Shown here: positions 18,238 through 27,356 of the stretch, piece by piece
Position numbering within the stretch: position 1 is the first letter of the stretch
Layout of the letters: the number at the start of each line of letters is the position of its first letter
DNA from: Pseudomonadota bacterium
Lineage (GTDB): Archaea > Thermoplasmatota > SW-10-69-26 > JACQPN01 > JAJPHT01
Reading direction: 5' to 3'
Assembly (NCBI GenBank): GCA_021325135.1
Contig: JAJPHT010000027.1
Location: 1 to 64,000 of the forward strand
Length of the DNA stretch: 64,000 nt
Translations under genes and position numbers: made by a program
Notes under the pieces: model-generated
What the model was told of the DNA's origin: nothing
Seen by the model: only the letters and a program-made list of their open reading frames with translations
Databases searched by the model: none

Positions 18238-19790
18238 TCGATCCCCGCGCCCGCCAGCGCCTCCAAATCGTCCCCGTGGAGATTGCCTCCACGCCGACGC
18301 GCACCAACGCGGAACTTGTCAAGGAGTGGGAGCGCAGCTACGAGGGCAAGATCGCCAACACTACGGTGCGCCAGTACCTCGGCGTGATCAAGGACATCGT
18401 CGCCTACATGAAGGACGACAAGGACCGCGAGATTCCCGTGGCCCGCTGGACGAAGGCTCAGGTGTGGGGCTACCTCCGCTTCGTCGAGGCCAATTACTGC
18501 GCCCAGTTCAAGGGCATCGTCTTTGACTTGGAGGGCGCGCGGTGTCTCTCCAACGTCTGGGTCGGGCGATTGCCGCACGCGGAGGCCACGGCGACGCATT
18601 GCGCCGATTGCCCGCTCTTCAAGCGCATGCCTCTAAAGCCCCGCCTCAACGCGCTCTGCAAGTTTTACCGCTTCCTGGCGCGCATTGGCGCCGTCCCTGT
18701 CAACTTCATGGGCGACATCCGCTCCGAGGTCGCGGAGGACAAGGACGTGGAGGAGACCGGCGAGCGCCGCCGCAACCCGCCCCCGGAGGAGGTCCGACTC
18801 CTCGTCAATCGCACCCTCCACGTCCGCAACCGTGCCCTCTACGCGGTGGGTGCCAAGTGGTGGGCTCGTATCAACGAGATTCTGCGCCTTGACCGCTACG
18901 CCAGCTTCGGCCTCGTGCATCCGAAAGGCCTCCTCACGCCGCCTGGATTCGCTCGTGGCTTCGCCATGCACCCCGAGGCCAAAAGCTTCGAGGAGGGCGG
19001 CGATGTGGTCTACATCCCTGAGCGCATCACGCCCGCCGGGAAGCGTCTGCCCGACAAGCGATGCGGAAACCGCTGGTGCGTCGTCGACGCCGAGCTCCGC
19101 CCGATCCTGGAGCAGTACCTCGCCTGGTGGGAGCTTCACGTCGAGCGCGACGCCAACGGCACGCCCACGCACTCCTGCCTCTGGATCGGCGACCGCGGCC
19201 GCCCGCTCCGCCTGAAGCCCCTCTACGAGGAGATCATGTACCCCGACCTGGAGCGCCTGGGCCTTATGGCGCCAGGGGATCGGCACGACCCGCTGCGCAG
19301 GTGGACGTACCATTGCTTCCGGCACTTCGGCCAGCGCCTCAACCAGAACCACAAGGTTCCCGACTTGTGGAACCATCACTTCCGTGGTGACGTGCTCGGC
19401 GATGCGCGCGACCACTACAGCGACCCTCCACCACTGGAAGTGCGCGAAGCGTACCTCAGCATGATCCCGCTGCTGGGCTTCACGGCCCTGCCCCAGGCGC
19501 CCCAGCTTGAGGCACAGGGCGACGATCCTGACCGCACCCTCATTCGTCTCTTCCGGCATTCCGTGGCGACGGGCCGCGAGACGTGGCAGCAAGTCTCCCC
19601 CGCCCTCGTGGCGGGCGAGGAGACCCTCTTCGTCCCCCGGAAGTACGCGGCGACTGTCCTCCGCCTGCTCCAAGCGATGGAGCCCACCAAGGGGTGGCAC
19701 GAGGCGAGCGAGGCCGGCGTCAAGCAGCGTCTCAGCCGGACCTACCTGTTGGGCGTCGTGGACCGGGCGCTGGGCGAAGCCACCGCCTGA
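18234..19790 (+). CDS. Tyrosine recombinase/integrase (archaeal RGD type)
   Basis: RNRAL...ARINEI (R), YHCFRH (HxxR), FRGD...DHY (Y). Confidence 0.9.
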   Translation: MIDPRARQRLQIVPVEIASTPTRTNAELVKEWERSYEGKIANTTVRQYLGVIKDIVAYMKDDKDREIPVARWTKAQVWGYLRFVEANYCAQFKGIVFDLEGARCLSNVWVGRLPHAEATATHCADCPLFKRMPLKPRLNALCKFYRFLARIGAVPVNFMGDIRSEVAEDKDVEETGERRRNPPPEEVRLLVNRTLHVRNRALYAVGAKWWARINEILRLDRYASFGLVHPKGLLTPPGFARGFAMHPEAKSFEEGGDVVYIPERITPAGKRLPDKRCGNRWCVVDAELRPILEQYLAWWELHVERDANGTPTHSCLWIGDRGRPLRLKPLYEEIMYPDLERLGLMAPGDRHDPLRRWTYHCFRHFGQRLNQNHKVPDLWNHHFRGDVLGDARDHYSDPPPLEVREAYLSMIPLLGFTALPQAPQLEAQGDDPDRTLIRLFRHSVATGRETWQQVSPALVAGEETLFVPRKYAATVLRLLQAMEPTKGWHEASEAGVKQRLSRTYLLGVVDRALGEATA

Positions 19791-19961
19791 CACCGCATCG
19801 TCCTCCGTTGGGCAGGGCCCATGTGCCCGGGCAAATGATAGAGGCGATGCTTATCATACCCCAAGCGAACAGCACCAGACACGGGTGAACGCCTCCCCCG
19901 CCCGTCGCCAAGACCCAAGCCTTGGCGACGCGGCGGCGTTCACGACGCGGAAGTGGCCAGG

Positions 19962-20354
19962 ATGACGAAACTTGCCCACCAAATCCTGCTCTACGATGCG
20001 GAGTGGGTTCCCATCCAGCAAGCGTGCATCGACTTCGACCGCCTTGGCATCCGGCGTGGGCAGGGTCGCAGGACGCACCCCCACGACGTGATCCACGCGC
20101 TTCTCGCCGAGCGCGACTGCATCCTCTTGGGGCCAGATGAGCAACCCATGAATGACGCCCAACGCCATCAAGTCAACTTGATCTTCAAAGCCTTGCACGC
20201 GAAGATCGTGGCGGGGGCGCTCACCTCGCCAGCCGAGTACGCACTGGGCCCGAACCCCCGGCGCTTGGCCCCCGACCCCCTCTGGCGAGAGGCCGCCCGG
20301 CGCGACGGCCGCCCTGCCGGAGACCCCGCCCTCGATGGAGGTGCCGGGGGGTGA
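19962..20354 (+). CDS. Hypothetical protein
   Basis: Open frame with natural composition. Confidence 0.5.
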   Translation: MTKLAHQILLYDAEWVPIQQACIDFDRLGIRRGQGRRTHPHDVIHALLAERDCILLGPDEQPMNDAQRHQVNLIFKALHAKIVAGALTSPAEYALGPNPRRLAPDPLWREAARRDGRPAGDPALDGGAGG

Positions 20355-20444
20355 CGCCGGAGGCCGACCTGGGCGCCTTCGACCGTGCCGTGGACCGCCT
20401 CGTGGAGACGGACCACGCGTTCACGAAGGCCGAGGCCGCCACCC

Positions 20445-21341
20445 TCAAGCAGCTGGCGCGCCGCCCCCGCGCCTGACGACCTGCGCGGCGCGGTGCGCCG
20501 TGTGGATCGCGTAGCTCCAGCCGCGCTCCCGCGCCTTCGACCCCGCCAACGTGCGGAGGTAGCGCGCGGCGTCCACGGGCGCCCAGCCGCCCTCCCACAA
20601 GCAGCGCGCGAGGGCGAAGTCCGCGCCGCTCCGGTCGAAGCCCGGCGGCACGACGCCGCTCTTGAGGATCGCCAGCTTCTCGCGCAGCTTGGGCGCCTGC
20701 GCCATGATCCTCTCCTCGGCCATGAGGACCAGCTCCAGTTCCAGCGGCTCCGCGGGCTCCGGCTCCGTCGCCCTCGTCGCCGGCTTCGCCGCCGCCTCCG
20801 TCGTCGCGGGCGCGGGCGCCGAGCCCCCCGCCCGCCCCCGCTTGTTGCTCGTCGTGTTGATCGTGTTGAACAACACGTCCACGTCGATGAGCATGGAGAG
20901 CGGCGCGATGCAGCGCGGCGTGTCCAGGTGGTGGTACTGGAAGCCGGTCTTGTGGATCGAGGGCGGCGCGACGACGAGGCTGCCCTCGCCCAGGATCGTG
21001 AAGCCCTCCTCCGGTGTCTGCGTCACGACGCCCGCGTACCGCGCATAGACGTGGAACCCGCGCCGCGTCACCGTCACGAGGGTGTGCCGGGCCAGCTCGC
21101 GCGGGCTCAACAGCAGCCATTTCCAGAGCAGGTCCTCGCGGTCGAAGTCGAGAACCACCAGGTCCCCGCTCACGCGCCCCGTGCGGATGCCCACGCCCGC
21201 GTCGGAGGGCACGTTGATCCACTCCAGGGCGCTGGGCATCTGCCAGCCTCTCCGGAGGGGCCGCTTCTCCTGCGCCCGCAAGGGCACAGCGGAGAGGCCC
21301 AGCTCCTCGTAGCGCCGGAGGAAGGCGTCTCGCGTCAACAT
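20445..21341 (-). CDS. Bifunctional DNA primase-polymerase (Prim-Pol) with helical C-terminal domain
   Basis: VPL...KRP...W, GIRTG, VVLDFD, T.RGFHVY, VVAPPSIH..G..Y; DRSGADFALA. Confidence 0.88.
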   Translation of the reverse strand: MLTRDAFLRRYEELGLSAVPLRAQEKRPLRRGWQMPSALEWINVPSDAGVGIRTGRVSGDLVVLDFDREDLLWKWLLLSPRELARHTLVTVTRRGFHVYARYAGVVTQTPEEGFTILGEGSLVVAPPSIHKTGFQYHHLDTPRCIAPLSMLIDVDVLFNTINTTSNKRGRAGGSAPAPATTEAAAKPATRATEPEPAEPLELELVLMAEERIMAQAPKLREKLAILKSGVVPPGFDRSGADFALARCLWEGGWAPVDAARYLRTLAGSKARERGWSYAIHTAHRAAQVVRRGGGAPAA

Positions 21342-21353
21342 GCCGGGTCCTCC

Positions 21354-22061
21354 TTAGATGTCCAAGGTCGCCTGGCGCGGGCCCTTCGGAGGCGGCACCG
21401 CGGGAGGCGCGCGGGCCGTCTCCTGCCGGGCCGGGAGGACGGGGCGCGCGGCGGGCGCCTTCACTGGCGCGTACCGTGTCGGGTCGGAGGGCGCCGGCAG
21501 CGCCTCGTGCGTAGCCACGACGCGCCGCGCCTCCTCCAATTCGGCGGGCGTGCCCGCCCCGTAGTGGACGAGGTAGTGCGCCTCGGCGAGGCTCCGCGTC
21601 CACTCCTCCTTCCAGCGGTCGCCACGCACCCACTCCTCGTAGACGTTCGATCCCAGGGGCGGGCACCCGCGCACGACCCGCAGAGCATCGCCCAAGCGAC
21701 GACGCGAGGGGTGCGTGTGGTCGTGCGCGGGCTCGAACGTCTCGGGCCAGAGCGTCTTGATGCAATACTGGCCCACCACGGCGCGGCACGCGGGGCACTC
21801 GAAGGCCAAGCTGGGTCGCGTCGCCGCGTACCGCAAGGACTCGAAGCAGATCACGCGCTGCTTGCACGTCGTCCCGCCTCGGCAGGGCTCGCCCACCATG
21901 GCGTCGCAGCCCTTGGGCAGCGTGTATTCCTCGGGCATCCGGCACGGAATCCCCAAGGTGTCCATGGGGAGCACCAAGAAGGGCAAGAGCCGCGCGTCGC
22001 GGAGGACGTCGCGCGCCGCCGCAACCAGCGCCGCGACCTGCGCGTACTCCTCTGGCCTCAC
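21354..22061 (-). CDS. Zn-finger hypothetical protein
   Basis: CPAC..VGQYC...HPSR; GTGA coupling. Confidence 0.6.
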   Translation of the reverse strand: MRPEEYAQVAALVAAARDVLRDARLLPFLVLPMDTLGIPCRMPEEYTLPKGCDAMVGEPCRGGTTCKQRVICFESLRYAATRPSLAFECPACRAVVGQYCIKTLWPETFEPAHDHTHPSRRRLGDALRVVRGCPPLGSNVYEEWVRGDRWKEEWTRSLAEAHYLVHYGAGTPAELEEARRVVATHEALPAPSDPTRYAPVKAPAARPVLPARQETARAPPAVPPPKGPRQATLDI

Positions 22062-22417
22062 GCCGATCCCCCCAGCGCCTCCTCGTCGTCCACGAGGTCC
22101 ACGGGGTAGAGCGTCGTGGCGCCCGACTCGTCCAGGCGCAGCACGCGCGCTGGGTTGAACGCTCGGTACTCCTCGGGCTCCTGGAGCCAGCGCGTCCGCG
22201 TCATGCGGACTCGGCCCGTGGCCCACCGCTCGCGCCGGCTGCTCTCTCCGCACACCATCGACCACGCCGCGGACGCCGCGGGCGGTGTCGGCACCGCGGA
22301 CGTTGCCGCGTCCTGCTGTGCCTCGGCCACGCACGCGCGGAAGCGGCAGTAGCCGCGCTTGCGCGTCTCCTCCGCGCGCAGCACGCAGTTGCAGTACCGG
22401 CAGCGCGGGGCGCTCAC
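22058..22417 (-). CDS. Small Zn-finger protein
   Basis: CRYC...GYCRFRAC; GTGA overlaps on both sides. Confidence 0.55.
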   Translation of the reverse strand: MSAPRCRYCNCVLRAEETRKRGYCRFRACVAEAQQDAATSAVPTPPAASAAWSMVCGESSRRERWATGRVRMTRTRWLQEPEEYRAFNPARVLRLDESGATTLYPVDLVDDEEALGGSA

Positions 22418-22761
22418 GGCGATACCCCCTGTAGGGTGCGCCCGCAGGCGTAGCACCAGTCCCGCTCCTGCTGCACGAACCGCCCCAAGCCGCCCACGAG
22501 CGGGCCCAGGTCGTGCATGATGCGGCGCCGCAGCTCCAGCTCGGCCTCGCCCTTCGAGGCCGCGCGGGAGATCCATCGCTCCTTGTCTGTGCGCACCTCC
22601 CACGCCCACCGACAGTCCAGAGCCTCCTCGTCCAACGGACTCACGCGCCAGAGGCGGTAGGTGAACCCCGGGAAGTTCATCTCCCACTCCGGCATGGACC
22701 GGTATCCTGCCCGTGCCATGACGTGGTCGAAAAAACCCGGCCGGATCGTGGTCTCCCTCAT
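22414..22761 (-). CDS. Hypothetical protein
   Basis: ATGA/GTGA coupled; CYAC. Confidence 0.55.
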   Translation of the reverse strand: MRETTIRPGFFDHVMARAGYRSMPEWEMNFPGFTYRLWRVSPLDEEALDCRWAWEVRTDKERWISRAASKGEAELELRRRIMHDLGPLVGGLGRFVQQERDWCYACGRTLQGVSP

Positions 22762-22943
22762 CGGCGCACACCTCCCGTCTCGTCCTGGGGCGCGAGGAGC
22801 ACGCCCATCTGCTCGTGCAAATCGCGCACCACGGCCCACTCGTGGCGAAAGCAGGCCACGGCCATGCGGCACGCCAGGCCGTGGACCTTCCTCGTGCGCT
22901 CCATCGCGTCGCCGCGAGGATCGTCCCGAGGGCTGCGCTTCAC
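22758..22943 (-). CDS. Small hypothetical protein
   Basis: Start/stop overlaps with both neighbours. Confidence 0.45.
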   Translation of the reverse strand: MKRSPRDDPRGDAMERTRKVHGLACRMAVACFRHEWAVVRDLHEQMGVLLAPQDETGGVRR

Positions 22944-23836
22944 GCGCTCGCCTCCGCGGACTCGGGCTGCGACTCGGGCGCCGTCGTCCGCTCGCCCAGG
23001 ACGTAGCGGACCGCCTTCTCGGCGACCTGCGCGGCCACGACCACGAGGCGCTGGTCGTCCTGCAACGCCTCCAGCCACCCCTTGAGGTACGCCGCGCTGT
23101 TCGCGTACTCCGGCTCCAAGCCTGCGTGGGCCAGGAGCATGGCGCCGCCCATCTCGGCCACCAACTCCTCCTGCGAGTAGTTCGGGTCCCCGAAGCGACC
23201 CGCCTGCGTCAACGTCGCCCGGTTCAACCGGTGCTTGGCCCCCGTCGAGTGGATCGCCTCGTGGAAAAGCGTCTCGTAGTACGCCCGCGTGCCCTCAAAG
23301 CTGGCCCGGGGCGGCAACTGGATCGCGTCGAGCCCCTGCGTGTAGAACGCCCGCGCCCCGCCGTGGAACAAGGCCGGCTTCCCGGCGTACTCCTCCCACA
23401 CGCGCTGCGCGCGCTCGTCCGTCGCCGCCCCCGCCACGGCGGGCAACGCGGGGAGCACCAGCCCCTCGACTTGCTCCACGTTCCAGACGTAATACTGCTT
23501 GAACACGAGGCTGCGGTGCTCCTCGTCCTCGCCCTTGTCGTTCTTCCGCTTGACGATCCGCGGCTCCCAGAAGACCACCATCGTGCCCTTCTCGCCCTTG
23601 CGGACGCGCCCGCCCAACTGGTTGGCCTGCTTGATGGTCAACCAGAGCGGGTAGCTGTACCCGCCGCGCATGGCGCTCAGCGCGGCGAGGTAGACGTTGA
23701 TGCCGCGGTACTCGCGCCCGCTGATGAGGTTGCGGTGCGCCCCCAAGGAGGTCCAGGGCCTCCGCCAAGGGACGATGCCCGCCTCCAGGGCCTCGATCAT
23801 CTTCGCCGTCACCTCGGCGTAGAGATCGCGTCTCAC
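22940..23836 (-). CDS. ardC: ArdC-family antirestriction/ssDNA-binding protein (DUF1738 plus zincin-like domain)
   Basis: LYAEVT...PWRRPW, YRGIN, WLT.KQA..LGGRVRKGEKG, HEAIHSTG..RLNR, YSQEELVAE, SAAYL..W. Confidence 0.92.
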   Translation of the reverse strand: MRRDLYAEVTAKMIEALEAGIVPWRRPWTSLGAHRNLISGREYRGINVYLAALSAMRGGYSYPLWLTIKQANQLGGRVRKGEKGTMVVFWEPRIVKRKNDKGEDEEHRSLVFKQYYVWNVEQVEGLVLPALPAVAGAATDERAQRVWEEYAGKPALFHGGARAFYTQGLDAIQLPPRASFEGTRAYYETLFHEAIHSTGAKHRLNRATLTQAGRFGDPNYSQEELVAEMGGAMLLAHAGLEPEYANSAAYLKGWLEALQDDQRLVVVAAQVAEKAVRYVLGERTTAPESQPESAEASA

Positions 23837-23972
23837 GCGCCCACCGCCTGGCGGATGGCCTCGGCGGCGTGCCGAAGGAGGGCCGCCGTGTGCGCGTCCT
23901 CCTCGTCCTCCACGCTCCGGTCGATGACGACGAGCACGGCCAGCCACGCATCGTCCGCCAGGTCCACGCGCC

Positions 23973-24263
23973 TCAGAGGTTCACCCCCAGGTGCGCGTGG
24001 AGCTTCATCGCCAAGGAGGGCGGGTCCCGCGGCCCCAAGATAATGGGGCCGGGCTTGCCCTCCGCGGGCCGGATCGTGCGCTCGCACGAGACGCACGCGA
24101 AGGCGGGCACGCCCTCGCGCGTGTAGCCCGCGAGTCGCAGGTCCGCGTTGCAGCAGCTCGTCGCGTGCTCCAGGAAGAAGAGGCCGTGGCAGGCGCCCGA
24201 GCAGAACGCCTCGAACACGTCCACGGGCGACTTGCACCACAGACAGGTGTTCAGGCGCCCCAC
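23973..24263 (-). CDS. Small Cys-rich Zn-finger protein
   Basis: CLWC...FCSGAC, SCC, CVSC. Confidence 0.55.
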   Translation of the reverse strand: MGRLNTCLWCKSPVDVFEAFCSGACHGLFFLEHATSCCNADLRLAGYTREGVPAFACVSCERTIRPAEGKPGPIILGPRDPPSLAMKLHAHLGVNL

Positions 24264-24457
24264 CTCCGCGAGACCTGGGAGACCATGCGACGCGCCGCCA
24301 AGGCGTCCCACCGCTGGACGAACTGCCCGCTGCCCGGACACCGCTCGCGCACGATGCGGTGCTCCGGGAAGCGGCCATTCGCGAGAACCTGGCGGCGCTG
24401 CGCGCACACGCGACACGCGCGCCGCTCCGGCGCCTGCGCGACGTGCTGCGCCTGCAT
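24251..24457 (-). CDS. Small Zn-ribbon protein
   Basis: CRVC...H...CPGSG; TGATG coupling. Confidence 0.55.
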   Translation of the reverse strand: MQAQHVAQAPERRACRVCAQRRQVLANGRFPEHRIVRERCPGSGQFVQRWDALAARRMVSQVSRRWGA

Positions 24458-24810
24458 CAGCGACCACCCCGGGGCAGCTTGCCCTTCGCCGCGAGCCGCG
24501 CCCGCACGTCGTCCAAGTCCTGCTGCCAGCGCGGGCGCGTGTCCTGCTCGATCCACCGCTCCTGCATCGCGTCGTAGAAGAACAATCGGAAGCGGCGCTC
24601 CTTCTCGTCCCACTTGCGAAACGAGCGCCTGCCGATCCCGTAGGAGCCGCTGCTTCTTACGCCCACGTCCGCCAAGGGATCGCACCCGTCGCGCAGGGCG
24701 TCGTGCTTCGCCTTGAGCGCGTCCAGGCGCTCCACCGTGTTCATGACCTCCAGGTGGAACACGCCCCGGTCCCGCCGCGACTCGATCTTGCTTACGCTCT
24801 TGGAAACCAT
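24457..24810 (-). CDS. Hypothetical protein, first gene of the early operon
   Basis: 117 aa ORF heading the coupled minus-strand run. Confidence 0.6.
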   Translation of the reverse strand: MVSKSVSKIESRRDRGVFHLEVMNTVERLDALKAKHDALRDGCDPLADVGVRSSGSYGIGRRSFRKWDEKERRFRLFFYDAMQERWIEQDTRPRWQQDLDDVRARLAAKGKLPRGGR

Positions 24811-25031
24811 GTTGTCTTACAACCTGGCCGACTCGTTTCGGCCATGCGCCCGTCCCGCAGCGGAGCGATGATACCTCGCCACGACCCGCTGATTCCGCGT
24901 TCCATCCACGAGGCCGGAGCGAAGCGAAGGCCCGCCGCGGACATCGCGTCCACCTGACGGCGAGGTTTCATCTGCGACGCGAGGAACGACGTATGGCCGA
25001 AACGTTCCCCAAGCTGGATGCCATCTTTTCC

Positions 25032-25189
25032 GCGCGGCCCTATGGCCGCGCCGGAGGAATGGGGCGGAGCCCGAGGAGGGTCTCCCTCCTCGGCAGGCGC
25101 GAGGTCTCCTTGCGCCGGGTCGCCGAGCCGAAGGCGAGGCACGGGTTCCAAGGGCTCTGCCCTTGGCGGGGTGCGGGGCAGCGCCCCGC
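25032..25189. other. Cluster of five GC-rich hairpins (candidate single-strand origin or structured RNA)
   Basis: Stems at 25032-51, 25071-93, 25096-116, 25148-66 and 25173-89; three have TCT loops. Confidence 0.5.
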
Positions 25190-25681
25190 GTGTTGCGAAC
25201 CCATCACAATCCACGCGCACGCCCCGTGCGTAGCCTGCCCAGCAAGGCACGATGAGCGCCACGCGCAGCCTTCTTCGTCACTCGGCGAGCATGAGAGCAA
25301 AGAGTCCCAAAGCATGCGCCGGGAGGAGCACGGGGCGGTCGCGAGGATTGGAGAAGGATCGAGGGGAGCCCCCTGGGGGGTGAGACGGGCAGGGTGGGCT
25401 CGGGGGTTCCAATCAGAGGGAGCCCCTATGGGGCGGATGGGAGGGTGGGTAGGGTCAACAACGCTCCGCAACCCATTCCGGACGATGGCAAAACCGCCAG
25501 GGTGTACCAAGGACAAGAGCTCGCAGGATTCAGGAACGCCCGTCCGATCCGGTGTGATGCTCGAACAAGACAGAGGGGCTGAGGTGCTGTTGCATCTGTG
25601 GGGGATCCCGTCTGGGGGGTATTGCCCGAAATTCTCGCCGAGCGAAACTGCCTGATACCCCTATCCGGGACAGTACCGCGG

Positions 25682-26986
25682 TCAAGGCCAGTAGGCCTCG
25701 CGTGCCGCCTGCCACTCGGCCTGCACCTGAGCCGTGGACGCCTTCTCAGAGGAGGGCGCGAGGTTGCCCGAGAGCACCCGCGTCGCGATTTCTTGGGCCA
25801 AGCCCTCGTAGACGGCCCCCCAGCCCTCCTGCGTGGGGGAGACGATGGGCACGGCGGGCGCGAGAGCCCGGTCCAAGGGGGTCTCGTTGCCGGGTGTGGC
25901 CGTGGGATCGTAGTCGGTCGCCTGGATCATGACTGCGCTGGCGTTCATCGCGTCGCGATAGGCCTTCGCTGAATGGCGTGGGTCCGGGTCGGTGGCGTGC
26001 AGGCGCAGGTCCCGCGTGCCGTTCTTCGCCGCTTCTGCCCGCACGATGCCCAAGGCGCGGCTGAACGTGCCGGCCACGGTGGGTGTCGAGAAGCTCGTGC
26101 CGCCGGTCCAGACTGTCCCGTTGGTTGCGTTGGGGGCGGCCACCAAGGCCGTGAAGTTGGCGATCACGTCGACCCCCTTTGACGCCGTTGCACTCTCGCC
26201 GCGATTCGCCATCTCGTAGCCTCCTACCGCAATGACCCAGGGAGGGCCTGCGGTGTAGCCCGTTAGCGTTGGATTCGGGAGATTGCCGGCGGCGATGACG
26301 ACAAGCTTCCCCTGGGACGAAGCGGCCCGAGAGGCGTCCAAGAAGGTTTGCATCTCTGGATGGGCAGCAGGAGAATCCGGTGGCGCGCCGGGCACGCCCA
26401 TGCTGATGCTAATCAGGTCGGTCCACGGCTGTGCTGCGATCCATTTGAGAGCTTCAGCCACGCTTGGATCAAACGGGCAGCGCCCATCGTCGCAGATTTG
26501 CGCCTCGACTTGAGCCATGACGATGAGCGAATCGGGATCGGCGCGCGCAACGAGGGAACTGGTTTCCGTGCCGTGGCCCACATCATCCAGGATGACGTGC
26601 TTCTCGGGTGAAAGGCTGTTCGATCGGTTCAGGAATGAAATCGCCAGGATGCGAGTCCCCGCGAAATGATAGAGTTGACCGGGCTTGAGGCTCTGAAGGA
26701 CTGGGGCGTCAGCTTTCATCCGGTCGGCCAGCGTGCCGTTCGTCGAGAGCTGCAAGGTGGTGTAGCTGGCGTTCACTGTGGCCGCCATGCGCTGCTCGAA
26801 TGCCGGACTCGCAGCAAAGGCCTCCTGGTAAGGGTTGATGCCCGAGTCGGTGAACGCGACGACTTGCAGGCGTGGAATGGTCGCGTCGCTGCGCACAGGG
26901 TCCGCACCGAGAGGACCGGACGGAGTCGCGTTAAGGCACCCCGCCAGCAGGAGCAGGGCGAGGAGGGCGGGCAGCGCCCGGAGCAT
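25682..26986 (-). CDS. S8 (subtilisin-like) serine protease lipoprotein
   Basis: LAGC lipobox; FTDSG (D), GHGT (H), AAGN (oxyanion), GTSFSTP (S). Confidence 0.88.
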   Translation of the reverse strand: MLRALPALLALLLLAGCLNATPSGPLGADPVRSDATIPRLQVVAFTDSGINPYQEAFAASPAFEQRMAATVNASYTTLQLSTNGTLADRMKADAPVLQSLKPGQLYHFAGTRILAISFLNRSNSLSPEKHVILDDVGHGTETSSLVARADPDSLIVMAQVEAQICDDGRCPFDPSVAEALKWIAAQPWTDLISISMGVPGAPPDSPAAHPEMQTFLDASRAASSQGKLVVIAAGNLPNPTLTGYTAGPPWVIAVGGYEMANRGESATASKGVDVIANFTALVAAPNATNGTVWTGGTSFSTPTVAGTFSRALGIVRAEAAKNGTRDLRLHATDPDPRHSAKAYRDAMNASAVMIQATDYDPTATPGNETPLDRALAPAVPIVSPTQEGWGAVYEGLAQEIATRVLSGNLAPSSEKASTAQVQAEWQAAREAYWP

Positions 26987-27044
26987 GACAACCCCTCAGC
27001 CCCGGCGGCACGTTATAAGCCCTTGTGTCGGGGGCTCACCCATC

Positions 27045-27064
27045 GGGAAAAACTTCGAGGGCAT
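27045..27064 (+). promoter_or_regulatory. Shared upstream motif, copy 1
   Basis: GGGAAAAACTTCGAGGGCAT, starting 62 nt before ATG 27107. Confidence 0.6.
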
Positions 27065-27106
27065 CGCTAAATAGGCCCAGACCGACTCCGGCTTCGGAGA
27101 GGCACC

Positions 27107-27346
27107 ATGAAATTCCTCCTCGTGTTACTGACCCTCCTCGTGTTCACGCTCGCCAGCGCTGGAAGTGTATCCGCAGGTCCGGGAACGGGCAAAACGGGCG
27201 TCCAGCTTTGCCTGGAGACGGAGGAAGCGGACCAGTGTGTGGACCTTTTCATCGAGAACTGCCCCCTTCCGCCCCCCACTCTCTTTGACAAGTATCAGGA
27301 ATGGGCCGTCTGCACCGTGAACGGCGTCATCGTCGGGCTCCCTTGA
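27107..27346 (+). CDS. Small secreted 4-Cys peptide
   Basis: MKFLLVLL...VSA signal; GGAGAGG SD. Confidence 0.7.
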   Translation: MKFLLVLLTLLVFTLASAGSVSAGPGTGKTGVQLCLETEEADQCVDLFIENCPLPPPTLFDKYQEWAVCTVNGVIVGLP

Positions 27347-27356
27347 GGCTATTCCG

